Of a stretch of 64,000 bases of DNA, positions 39,281 to 48,364 are shown one piece after another. The first letter of the stretch is position 1, and each line of letters opens with the position of its first letter. The notes beneath the pieces are model-generated. The model had not been told where the DNA came from and ran no database searches. It was given only the letters and a program-made list of their open reading frames with translations. This stretch comes from Clostridia bacterium (GTDB lineage: Bacteria > Bacillota > Clostridia > TANB77 > CAG-508): NCBI GenBank assembly GCA_045643205.1, contig JAZUKI010000007.1, forward strand, positions 55,026 to 119,025, written 5' to 3'. A program made the position numbers and the translations under genes.

Positions 39281-39424
39281 CTCTAACTCCTTTCCTTAAG
39301 AATCTTTTAAATTTTATCTTAAGTCAAAATTTCTTTATTCTATGCTTACTAATTATAAACTAATTTTCTAAACTATTTAATACTTTTAAGTAAATCTTTC
39401 TAAACTATTTATGTGTTTTTAACT

Positions 39425-41128
39425 CTATTTAACACTTTTTCTTAAATCTTTTAAAACAATTTGTATATTCTTTTTGCCATTAAATTCATTAATTTCTAAG
39501 TTTCCGGCAATATCAATTTTATCACCTATTAAATAATTGTCAGCAACTTCTCCTAATCCAAATCCGATTGCATCAACATTGTTATTTCCTGATTGTAATT
39601 GAAGTTTTAAATGTTTTCCATCAGATAATTTTCTTATGGCAACAATTTTTAAATCTTTATAAATAAACGTTGGATTATTGTTTCCTGATCCGAATGGTTC
39701 TAGCAATTTTAATTCTTCGATTGACCTTAAATCAAAATTTTTATCGCTAATTTCATAATCAATATTTAGAACAGGAACCATCATTTCATCTGTTATTTTT
39801 GAATTTGCATATTTTTCAAACTCATCTCTAAATGCTTCAAACTCATTTATTTCTAGTTTACATCCAATAGCCATTGAATGTCCGCCAGTTTGTATCAAAT
39901 GATCACTGCATTGTAGCATTGCATCATGTAAGTCAAAACCTTCGATGCTTCTACCTGATCCGTGTGCTATTTCTTCTTCAAAATTTATAAGAATACTTGG
40001 CTTATAATATCTTTCCGTTATTTTTGAAGAAATAATTCCTATAACTCCATTATGCCATTTTTTCTTTCCAACTACTAATGCTTTTGCTGTCTCATAACGT
40101 GGATCTGAAGCTATTTCCCAAATTGCTTCTTCAAAAATTCTTTTTTCAATATCTTGTCTTTGCTTGTTAAAATCTTCAATTATTTCTGCTTTTTTTCTAG
40201 CAACAATTGGATCTTCTGTTACTAATAATTCTAATGCTTCTTCTTGATGTCCCATTCTTCCGCATGCATTAATTCTAGGTGAAATACCAAAAGAAACAGT
40301 TTGTGAATCTAATGTTTTAAATTTACATTGATTAAATAAAGTTCTTAATCCAACATTTTTTGTTTGAGCTACTAAAAGTAGCCCTAGTTTTGCTATAACT
40401 CTATTCTCGTTTTCAAGTGGCACTATGTCCGAAATTGTTCCTATTGCAGCTAAATCTAAATATTTTAAGCTTTCATTTTCGCTTATATCAAGTGCTTTAG
40501 TTAATGCTTGTGTTAATTTAAAAGCAACTCCGCATCCACATAATTCTCTGAATGGATATTGGCTATCTTTTCTTTTGCAGTCTACAACTGCTACTGCATC
40601 TGGAATTTCTTCTGCTGGTTCGTGGTGATCGGTAACAATTACATCCATATTTAATTTTTTTGCAAGCTCGACTTGCTCGTTTGCTGTAATTCCTGTATCA
40701 ACTGTAATTATTAAATTGTATCCATCGTCTGCAATTTTATTTATAGCATCGTTGTTTAAACCATATCCTTCATTTAATCTATTAGGTATATATGTTCCAA
40801 CTTCAACGCCTCTGTCTTTAAAATATCTTTTTAACAAAGTTGTACTTGTAATTCCGTCAACATCATAATCGCCATAAATAGCAATCTTTTCATTTGTTGT
40901 TATTGCTTTAAGAATTCTATCAACAGCTTTTTTCATGTCTGGCATTTCATATGGATCATAAAAATCATTTCTAGTTGGGCTTAAAAATCTCTTTATGTCT
41001 TCCTCTGTTTCTAGACCTTTACTTGCGATGATTCTAGCAATTAATTCAGAAACATTAAATGTACTTTGAATTCTTTCTATTAAATTTTTATCTTCCTCAA
41101 GCTTAATTTCTTTCCAAATTTTTTTCAT
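39425..41128 (-). CDS. recJ: Single-stranded-DNA exonuclease RecJ
   Basis: YGDYDVDG, EGYGL, TVDTG, TDHH, PRINA.GR, GSGRS, GGH. Confidence 0.97.
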   Translation of the reverse strand: MKKIWKEIKLEEDKNLIERIQSTFNVSELIARIIASKGLETEEDIKRFLSPTRNDFYDPYEMPDMKKAVDRILKAITTNEKIAIYGDYDVDGITSTTLLKRYFKDRGVEVGTYIPNRLNEGYGLNNDAINKIADDGYNLIITVDTGITANEQVELAKKLNMDVIVTDHHEPAEEIPDAVAVVDCKRKDSQYPFRELCGCGVAFKLTQALTKALDISENESLKYLDLAAIGTISDIVPLENENRVIAKLGLLLVAQTKNVGLRTLFNQCKFKTLDSQTVSFGISPRINACGRMGHQEEALELLVTEDPIVARKKAEIIEDFNKQRQDIEKRIFEEAIWEIASDPRYETAKALVVGKKKWHNGVIGIISSKITERYYKPSILINFEEEIAHGSGRSIEGFDLHDAMLQCSDHLIQTGGHSMAIGCKLEINEFEAFRDEFEKYANSKITDEMMVPVLNIDYEISDKNFDLRSIEELKLLEPFGSGNNNPTFIYKDLKIVAIRKLSDGKHLKLQLQSGNNNVDAIGFGLGEVADNYLIGDKIDIAGNLEINEFNGKKNIQIVLKDLRKSVK

Positions 41129-41223
41129 CTATTTCCTCAAAAAAAATAATATTGCCAACATTTTATACCATTAGGGTATCATTGGCAATATTACTCCGTT
41201 TTCATAACTATAAGATTTATAAA

Positions 41224-41517
41224 TTATCTGATTCTATCTGATTCGTCTTTATTTTCATCTTTTTCTTCATGGTTTTGAACTTTTTGTTGTTCATTACCAT
41301 TCTTATTTATATTAACTTTTTTGTTGCTAGTAATACCTACAGCATTAACTGTGATTTGTTCAAACTTTACACTTTCACTAGCTTCATTTAATATTTTACG
41401 ATCTTCTTCAGGTAATTCATTTAAAACATCTTCAGCTTCTGGATTATCTACTTCGCCAAGTGAATTCCATATTCTTTTAAAGATGTTTGGTTTATGTGCT
41501 ATATTTACTGTAGCCAT
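41224..41517 (-). CDS. Hypothetical acidic protein (97 aa)
   Basis: Strong SD AGGAGG, own promoter-like TTGACA-18-TATAAT at about 41578-41549, and a downstream hairpin AATATTGCCAA/TTGGCAATATT. Confidence 0.75.
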   Translation of the reverse strand: MATVNIAHKPNIFKRIWNSLGEVDNPEAEDVLNELPEEDRKILNEASESVKFEQITVNAVGITSNKKVNINKNGNEQQKVQNHEEKDENKDESDRIR

Positions 41518-41634
41518 TACTATTCCTCCTTCTTAACAAGATACATCCATTATAATACAAAATTGTGTAAATTGTCAAGTTTTACCAAAATTATTATTTA
41601 AACTATTTTTTCTTTTTAATTGATGTTTTTTACT

Positions 41635-41799
41635 TTATTCTTCAATCATATCAATAATTAAAGTTTTATTATCAATTTTACGTACTTTTACTTGTTTATC
41701 TTTAAGTTCTTCTGGTGCAGCTTCAACTTCACCACTATAAATTAATTCATCTTTACTAAAAATATTTACTGTTAGTAAACGAAATTCCCTTATTGTCAT
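41635..41799 (-). CDS. Small hypothetical protein (54 aa) overlapping the ftsZ 3' end, unannotated
   Basis: SD-like GAGGAAG, then MTIREFRLLTVNIFSKDELIYSGEVEAAPEELKDKQVKVRKIDNKTLIIDMIEE*; host-like codon usage. Confidence 0.7.
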   Translation of the reverse strand: MTIREFRLLTVNIFSKDELIYSGEVEAAPEELKDKQVKVRKIDNKTLIIDMIEE

Positions 41800-42811
41800 C
41801 TGCTTCCTCTATTTTATTAGGCTCAACTTCTTTAACAGGATTTACTCTTGTTGCAATTACTGTAACTATTACATCTTCGCCTAAATCTTCATTAATTTCT
41901 GTACCAAATATTATATTGGCATCTGGATTTACTTTATCTGAAATTAGGGCTGCTGCCTTATTTATATCTTCCAAGCTAATCTCATCACTACCTTTAATAT
42001 TGAAAATAACACCTCTTGCATCATCAATACTTGTAATAGTTAATGGATTGTTTAATGCTTGTTTTGTTGCTTTTATAACTTTTTCATCTTCTTCACCAGA
42101 CTCTTTGCCAATTCCCATATATGCATATCCAGAATATGAAAGAATTGTTTGAACATCTGCAAAGTCAACATTTATTGTTCCTACTGAATATATTAAATCA
42201 GTAATAGATTCTACTGCTTGTCTTAAAACATCATCTGTTCTCTTGAAAGCACTTAAAATTGAACTGTTTGTATCACTATTAGCTAATAATCTATCATTTG
42301 AAATAACAATTAAAGAATTAATAAATGGTTTTAATTTCTCTAAACCTCTTAGAGCTCTAACTGTTCTTATTTTTCCTTCAAATGCAAATGGAGTTGTTAC
42401 TATTGCTACTGTAATGATTCCTTTTTTTCTTGCTTCTTCAGCTACTACAGAAATAGCTCCTGTTCCTGTTCCACCACCTAGGCCGGCAGTTAAGAATAGA
42501 AGATCAGCACCATCTATAGCTTTATCAATTAGGTCAATACTTTCTCTTGCAGCTTTTTCTCCAATTTCTGGGTTAGCTCCTGCACCTCTTCCTCTAGTAA
42601 GTTCTTTACCGATTTGAATTGTGTAGCAATTTTCATTATCAAGTCTATCAAGTATTTCTTTATCTGTATTAAGTAAATAGTATTCAGCACCTTCTACTTT
42701 GCTATTAATCATTTGAGCAACAGCGTTGTTTCCGCCACCACCTATTCCTAATACTTTAATTTTAATGTTTTCTTTTGTAATGTTTTCACTTGATTGATAT
42801 TGTCCTAACAC
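41756..42811 (-). CDS. ftsZ: FtsZ-family GTPase (possible paralog)
   Basis: GIGGGGNNAV, NTD, G.GAGANPEIG, GLGGGTGTGA, PF.FEG, INVDFADV, VTVIAT; GTG start; own promoter TTGTAA-17-TATAAT at 42872-42844. Confidence 0.92.
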   Translation of the reverse strand: MLGQYQSSENITKENIKIKVLGIGGGGNNAVAQMINSKVEGAEYYLLNTDKEILDRLDNENCYTIQIGKELTRGRGAGANPEIGEKAARESIDLIDKAIDGADLLFLTAGLGGGTGTGAISVVAEEARKKGIITVAIVTTPFAFEGKIRTVRALRGLEKLKPFINSLIVISNDRLLANSDTNSSILSAFKRTDDVLRQAVESITDLIYSVGTINVDFADVQTILSYSGYAYMGIGKESGEEDEKVIKATKQALNNPLTITSIDDARGVIFNIKGSDEISLEDINKAAALISDKVNPDANIIFGTEINEDLGEDVIVTVIATRVNPVKEVEPNKIEEADDNKGISFTNSKYF

Positions 42812-42887
42812 TTTTTCTAGCCTCCATCACTAAAATTTCATACATTATACTACGGTATAGTTGTTTTTACAATAAAAAATTATGATT

Positions 42888-44330
42888 TTAGTATTGTCTT
42901 CCCCAAACAACCATATGTTTAGCTGGTTTTCCACAAACTACGCACTTATCGTCGATATATTCCTCATCAAATGGAATACATCTTGACTTAGCTGCAGTAA
43001 GTTCTTTAATCTTGTCTTCACATTCGTTGTCTCCACAGAACATTGCTTTAATAAAGCCTTGTTTTGTATTGATTTGTTGCTCAAATTCTTCTAATGTATG
43101 TGCAACTGTTGTTCTATCTTTTAATCTTACTTCGCACTCTTTGTACATGTTTTCATGAATTGCATCTAATGTTTCTGCAATTTTTGAATCTACTTCATCT
43201 AAAGAAACAATGATCTTTTCAGCTGTATCTCTTCTAACTAGAACGCATTGATTGTTTTCAATATCTTTTGGTCCAATTTCTAATCTTAGAGGAACGCCTC
43301 TCATTTCCCAATCGCTGAACTTATAACCTGTTGAATAATTGTCTCTATCATCTAATTTTACTCTATAATTTTTCTTTAAATCAGTAAATAAAGAATCTGC
43401 TTTTTCTAAAACTCCTTCTTTCTTTTGAGCTATAGGAACTATAACTACTTGAATTGGAGCTACTCTTGGTGGAAGTTTTAAACCTCTATTATCACCATGT
43501 GCCATAATAATTGCACCAAGTGATCTAATAGACATTCCCCATGAAGTTTGATATGCATATTCTTCTTTTTCTTCTTTATTTTGGAATTTAATATCAAATG
43601 GTTTAGAGAAGTTTTGTCCAAAATAATGTGAAGTAGCTGATTGTAAAGCTTTTCCATCATGCATCATTGTTTCAATTGTATATGTTTCTTCTGCACCAGC
43701 AAATTTTTCTTTTTCTGTTTTCTTTCCTAAAATTGTTGGTATTGCTAATAAATCTTTATAGCAATTGTTATATACTTCTAACATTTTTAATGTGAATTCT
43801 CTAGCTTCTGCTTCTGTTGCATGAATTGTATGACCTTCTTGCCATAAGAATTCTCTACTTCTTAAAATAGGACGAGTTTCCTTTTCCCATCTAACAACAC
43901 TGCACCATTGATTATATAAGAATGGAAGTTCTCTCCATGAATGTAACCATTTTGAATACATTGTTGAAATAATTGTTTCTGATGTAGGTCTTACTACATA
44001 TTTTTCATCTAATTTTTTTCCACCAGCTGTTTCAACTGTTGCAACTTCTGGTGCAAAACCTTCTACGTGATCTTTTTCTTTTTCAAGTAAAGATTCTGGA
44101 ATCATCATTGGGAAATAAACATTCTTAACACCATTTTCTTTAAAATGTGTATCTAAATAATTTCTTATATTTTCCCAAATTTCAAAGCCATAAGGTTTAT
44201 ATGCTATAAATCCTTTTGCTTCTGTATAGTCACATAGTTCAGCTTTTATAACTATATCTGTAAACCATTGTGCTATATCATCTTCTATATTTGTTATTTC
44301 TTTTACAAATTCATTTTCATTTTTACTCAT
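42888..44330 (-). CDS. proS: Proline--tRNA ligase (eukaryote/archaea-like type)
   Basis: RPTSET, EFLWQEGHT, QTSWG, C-terminal zinc module ending WGRQY; start at ATG 44330 overlaps the scpB stop. Confidence 0.97.
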   Translation of the reverse strand: MSKNENEFVKEITNIEDDIAQWFTDIVIKAELCDYTEAKGFIAYKPYGFEIWENIRNYLDTHFKENGVKNVYFPMMIPESLLEKEKDHVEGFAPEVATVETAGGKKLDEKYVVRPTSETIISTMYSKWLHSWRELPFLYNQWCSVVRWEKETRPILRSREFLWQEGHTIHATEAEAREFTLKMLEVYNNCYKDLLAIPTILGKKTEKEKFAGAEETYTIETMMHDGKALQSATSHYFGQNFSKPFDIKFQNKEEKEEYAYQTSWGMSIRSLGAIIMAHGDNRGLKLPPRVAPIQVVIVPIAQKKEGVLEKADSLFTDLKKNYRVKLDDRDNYSTGYKFSDWEMRGVPLRLEIGPKDIENNQCVLVRRDTAEKIIVSLDEVDSKIAETLDAIHENMYKECEVRLKDRTTVAHTLEEFEQQINTKQGFIKAMFCGDNECEDKIKELTAAKSRCIPFDEEYIDDKCVVCGKPAKHMVVWGRQY

Positions 44331-45051
44331 TATTACTTTCCTCATTACTTTCTTCAATATTTGTGTTATTGATTTCAGTTTCAACATCATTTTCTGAGTT
44401 TTCTTTTTCTATTTCAACTTCTGAATCTTTGATTTCAGCTTTGTCTTCAAGATTGATATTTTCTATTTCAACTTCGCCATCATCTTCTACAACTTCATCG
44501 TTCATTTCATCAATAACTAATTGTCTATTACTATCAAGCTTGTAACGCGGAAGCTCCGGTAGTTCTTTTAATGAATTTAATCCAAACATTTTTAAAAAGT
44601 CTTCAGTTGTTCTATACATTACTGGACGTCCAGGTAAATCAGCTTTGCCTGCGTGTTCAATTAAATTATAATCTTGTAATCTATATAGTGCTGATGTTGA
44701 ATCAACACCTCTAATAGCATCAATATCAGCTCTTGTAATTCTAGAATTATAAGCAATGATAGCTAATGTTTCTAGGCAAGCTTGTGATAAACTTGGTTTA
44801 ATTCTTTTATCTAGGGCTGGATATAAATATTCATAATATTCTTTTTTAGATGCCAAAGAAAAGCCATCTTCAACTCTTACGATTTCGATGCCTCTATTAG
44901 CTTGTGCGTATTCTTCTTGCATTTCAGTAATTATTTCAATAATTGCTTTGCTATCTAGCTCAAGAATATTAATAAGTTCAGCCATTTTTATATTTCTACC
45001 TGTAGAAAATAAAATAGCTTCAATTACACCTTTTGCTTTTTCTTTTTCCAT
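44323..45051 (-). CDS. scpB: SMC-Scp complex subunit ScpB with acidic tail
   Basis: IEAILF, LSQA.LETLAIIAY...ITRA.ID.IRGV, PGRP.MY.TT..FL..FGL.SL.ELP. Confidence 0.95.
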   Translation of the reverse strand: MEKEKAKGVIEAILFSTGRNIKMAELINILELDSKAIIEIITEMQEEYAQANRGIEIVRVEDGFSLASKKEYYEYLYPALDKRIKPSLSQACLETLAIIAYNSRITRADIDAIRGVDSTSALYRLQDYNLIEHAGKADLPGRPVMYRTTEDFLKMFGLNSLKELPELPRYKLDSNRQLVIDEMNDEVVEDDGEVEIENINLEDKAEIKDSEVEIEKENSENDVETEINNTNIEESNEESNNE

Positions 45052-45242
45052 TTTAATAGCCCTTCATTTTTAAAAATTTGACAGTTAGCATTATATCACT
45101 AAATTTTAGTTTCGGTCAAGGTAAAATTGCCTTAAAACTATTGATTTTACGCCAATTATTGTAATGTTTTTTACATTAAAAATTGACTAATGCAGCTATT
45201 TATGATATAACCATGGCAACAAATTGTAATGGAGGTGCCGCT

Positions 45243-45440
45243 ATGAACGAATATATTCCTTCCAACAATAAAGTATATCAAAAGTTTGAAATTGTAAAAG
45301 GTGATCCTAAAGAATTAAATTTTTCTCCTGTTATGGATAATTTATCTTTAGAAATTCCTAAACCAATGGATTGCTCAAAGATTATTATTCCTGAGAATCA
45401 AAAAACTTTTGGTATTAACGTGAAAACAGAATTTAAATAA
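45243..45440 (+). CDS. Small hypothetical protein (65 aa)
   Basis: Promoter TTGACT-17-TATAAC at 45183-45211, SD GGAGGTG before ATG 45243, terminator AAAAATCCGGTGA/TCATCGGATTTTT immediately after. Confidence 0.75.
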   Translation: MNEYIPSNNKVYQKFEIVKGDPKELNFSPVMDNLSLEIPKPMDCSKIIIPENQKTFGINVKTEFK

Positions 45441-45478
45441 GAAAAAATCCGGTGATTCATTCATCGGATTTTTATTTT

Positions 45479-45859
45479 CTAGAAAACAAACTCGCAATTT
45501 TTTATTTGTCTTATATATACTTGTTTTTTAGAATTGTTTTTTACAAAGTAAACTTCAATAATATCAAATCTTGTTTTATAGTATTCGAGATTATTTTTAT
45601 AAATATAATAATTACTTGCTTCACAAATATGTCTTTGCTTAATTTGATTAACCGCTTCATATGGCATTCCAAATTTTAATGTAGTTCTAGTTTTTACTTC
45701 TATAAAAGTAATTTCATTAGCTTTTTTGTCTTTTGCTATAATATCTAGCTCTCCCTCTCTACATCTAAAATTTCTACACAAAATTTCATAACCTTTATTT
45801 TTCAAATAATTAACTGCTCTACTTTCACCTTCATATCCTATTAATTGATTATGTCGCAC
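45479..45859 (-). CDS. YraN family protein (UPF0102)
   Basis: G..GE..A..YL...GY.IL.RN.R...GELDIIA...FIEVKTR...RFD. Confidence 0.93.
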   Translation of the reverse strand: MRHNQLIGYEGESRAVNYLKNKGYEILCRNFRCREGELDIIAKDKKANEITFIEVKTRTTLKFGMPYEAVNQIKQRHICEASNYYIYKNNLEYYKTRFDIIEVYFVKNNSKKQVYIRQIKNCEFVF

Positions 45860-46802
45860 TTTTCTTTTTTCTCCTGTCTCTAAAATAATTGTTTTTTACA
45901 TTATATTTTCCATCTTTACTTTCTATAAATTCATCCATTTCTAAAATTAGCAATAACTCGTTTAAATCGGTAATGTTTATTTCTGTTTCTTCAACTAATT
46001 CATCTATTGTCTTTGGATTAGAAGTTATAGCTTGAAAAACAGTTTTACAATTTTCATTTACATCTAATGCTGTTTCATAATTATAGCCTTCAAACTCTAA
46101 TGTATCTAAAATATCATATGGTGTAGTAACTAGATATGCTCCTTCTAATATAAGTTGATTAGTTCCACTTGAAAGAATTGCATCAATATCTCCAGGTACA
46201 CAGAATAAAGGTTTATTTTGTTTCATTGTTTCTCTTCCTGTAATTGTTGACCCGCACCTTGTAACTGCTTCTATAATTAATGTAGCAATCGAAATTGCAC
46301 TTACTATAATATTTCGCTTTGGGAACCTACTCATTTCTATTTCTGTTTCTGGTGGATATTCTGAAATAATACATCCTCCATTTTCAATTATTTCGTAGAA
46401 CAATTTTTCATTTTGCTTTGGATAAATATGTTCGAAACCTGAAGCTACAACTGCAATTGTTTTTCCTATCTCTTTCATACTACTGCTATGTGCTATTGTA
46501 TCTATTCCAACTGCTAGTCCAGAAACAATGCATAAATCTTTCTTAGCTAAAAAATTTGCAAATCTTTTTGCTTCTTCTCTGCCATAATCATCGCAATTCC
46601 TTGATCCTACTATTGCAATTGAATTTTTATTTAGTAATTTGGTATCTCCTATTGCATATATCTTTGAAGGATGTTTCTTTAGCTCTAATAATCTTTTTGG
46701 ATAATCTTCATCATCTTCATTAATTATTTTAATTTCATAATTTTCTAATTTTTTATTTGTGCTTTTTGTTTTTTTATCTTTGCTGCTTAAATTTTTATCT
46801 AT
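45849..46802 (-). CDS. dprA: DNA processing protein DprA, probable ATA start
   Basis: The frame is open for 108 codons upstream of the ORF-track ATG and encodes YPKRL, IAIVGSR and VSGLAVGIDTIAH. Downstream motifs are SEYPP, FPKRN and VPG. SD AAGGAG lies 7 nt before ATA 46802. Confidence 0.9.
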   Translation of the reverse strand: MDKNLSSKDKKTKSTNKKLENYEIKIINEDDEDYPKRLLELKKHPSKIYAIGDTKLLNKNSIAIVGSRNCDDYGREEAKRFANFLAKKDLCIVSGLAVGIDTIAHSSSMKEIGKTIAVVASGFEHIYPKQNEKLFYEIIENGGCIISEYPPETEIEMSRFPKRNIIVSAISIATLIIEAVTRCGSTITGRETMKQNKPLFCVPGDIDAILSSGTNQLILEGAYLVTTPYDILDTLEFEGYNYETALDVNENCKTVFQAITSNPKTIDELVEETEINITDLNELLLILEMDEFIESKDGKYNVKNNYFRDRRKKKSAT

Positions 46803-46839
46803 TTTGTTTCTCCTTACTATTTAAATTTTTTCATTACTT

Positions 46840-48354
46840 TTATATCCTGTCTAAGTTTCTAAATTGAATTGCTTCTGCAATATGTTTTGATTGAATATCT
46901 TCAATACCTTCTAAATCCGCTATAGTTCTTGCTACCTTTAATATTTTGTTGTATCCTCTCAAACTTAGTCCTAATTTTTCAAATGCACTATCTAATAATT
47001 TTTTTGAACTTTCATCAAGTTTGCAATATTTTTTTATTAGTTTTGGTGTTAAAGATGCATTATTAAAAATATTCTCATTTTTATATCTTTCTAATTGAAT
47101 GTTCCTTGCAATAGTAACTCTCTTTTTTATTGTTTCTGATGTTTCTTCTTGAGTATTTATTAATTTATATTCACTTTCTGGAATTCTAACTTGAATATCT
47201 ATTCTATCAAGTAGTGGTCCTGATATTTTACTAAAATATTTTTTAATTGCTTTTTCATCACAAGTACATTCTTTTATTTTAGAACCATAATATCCACATG
47301 GACATGGGTTCATTGATGCTACTAGCATAAAGTTGCATGGATACGTTACTTGTGAATTAAATCTACTTATTGTTACTTTATGGTCTTCTAATGGTATTCG
47401 CAAAAATTCAAGAAGTTCTTTATTAAACTGTGTTATTTCATCTAAATACAATATTCCAAAATTAGCTAAACTTATTTCTCCTGGCTTTGGATAGTTTCCT
47501 CCCCCTATTAATGCAGTCTTAGTTATGTTATGAAAAGGTGATCTAAATGGCCTATTAAAAACAATTTGTTCATTTTCGTTTAATTTCCCAGCAATACTGT
47601 GAATATTTGTTGTTTCTAATGACTCTTTAAATGATAATTCTGGTAATATCGTTACAATTCTTTGTGCTAACATTGTTTTGCCACAACCAGGATTTCCAAT
47701 TAAAATTATGTTATGACCTCCTGCTGATGCAATTTCTATGGCTCGTTTAGCAAAATGTTGTCCTTTAACCTCTGAAAAATCTATATTAAAATGCTTTTCT
47801 TTTTTTAAATCTTCCCACTTAGTATGTAATTCATTCAGCAATATTCCGTTGTTTAAAAAATTTACTATTTCCTTTAAACTATTTGCACCATAAATATTAA
47901 TTCCATCTATTATTGATGCTTCTTTTATATTTTCATTTGGTATAATAATTGTTTCTATCCCTAATTCTTTAGCTTTCAAACATATTGGAAGAATTCCAGT
48001 TATTCCATTAATTTTTCCATCTAAAGAAATTTCTCCTACGAATGCTATTTTATTCAGTTTTTCTTTATTAATTTGTCTTGTACTTGCCAAATAACCAATT
48101 GCAATCGGCAAATCAAAAAACGAGCCTTCTTTTTTGATAGTGGCTGGCGCTAAGTTAATAATTGTTTTTCTACTTAAAACTTCAAAACCTGAATTTTTAA
48201 TTGCAGTTCTAACTCTTTCTTTTGATTCTCTGATACTAATATCAGGAAGCCCCACTATTTCAAAACAAGGAAGCCCGTTTGAAACATCTACTTGTATATT
48301 TATAATATATCCTTTTAGTCCATCTAAAGATATACTTTTTATAATTGAAAACAC
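46840..48354 (-). CDS. comM: YifB/ComM family Mg-chelatase-like AAA+ ATPase
   Basis: IVGLPD...ES.ERVR, NLAPA...KEG..FDLPIA, GNPGCGKTM, MNPCPCG, SGPLLDRID, VARTIADL; upstream of dprA. Confidence 0.93.
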   Translation of the reverse strand: MFSIIKSISLDGLKGYIINIQVDVSNGLPCFEIVGLPDISIRESKERVRTAIKNSGFEVLSRKTIINLAPATIKKEGSFFDLPIAIGYLASTRQINKEKLNKIAFVGEISLDGKINGITGILPICLKAKELGIETIIIPNENIKEASIIDGINIYGANSLKEIVNFLNNGILLNELHTKWEDLKKEKHFNIDFSEVKGQHFAKRAIEIASAGGHNIILIGNPGCGKTMLAQRIVTILPELSFKESLETTNIHSIAGKLNENEQIVFNRPFRSPFHNITKTALIGGGNYPKPGEISLANFGILYLDEITQFNKELLEFLRIPLEDHKVTISRFNSQVTYPCNFMLVASMNPCPCGYYGSKIKECTCDEKAIKKYFSKISGPLLDRIDIQVRIPESEYKLINTQEETSETIKKRVTIARNIQLERYKNENIFNNASLTPKLIKKYCKLDESSKKLLDSAFEKLGLSLRGYNKILKVARTIADLEGIEDIQSKHIAEAIQFRNLDRI

Positions 48355-48364
48355 TTTACCTCCG

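Noticed and set aside
46802-46836. Programmed frameshift from mini-ORF MKKFK into dprA
   Set aside because: The dprA frame has a TAA within the would-be slippery site, so re-pairing is implausible; SD plus ATA is the simpler explanation.
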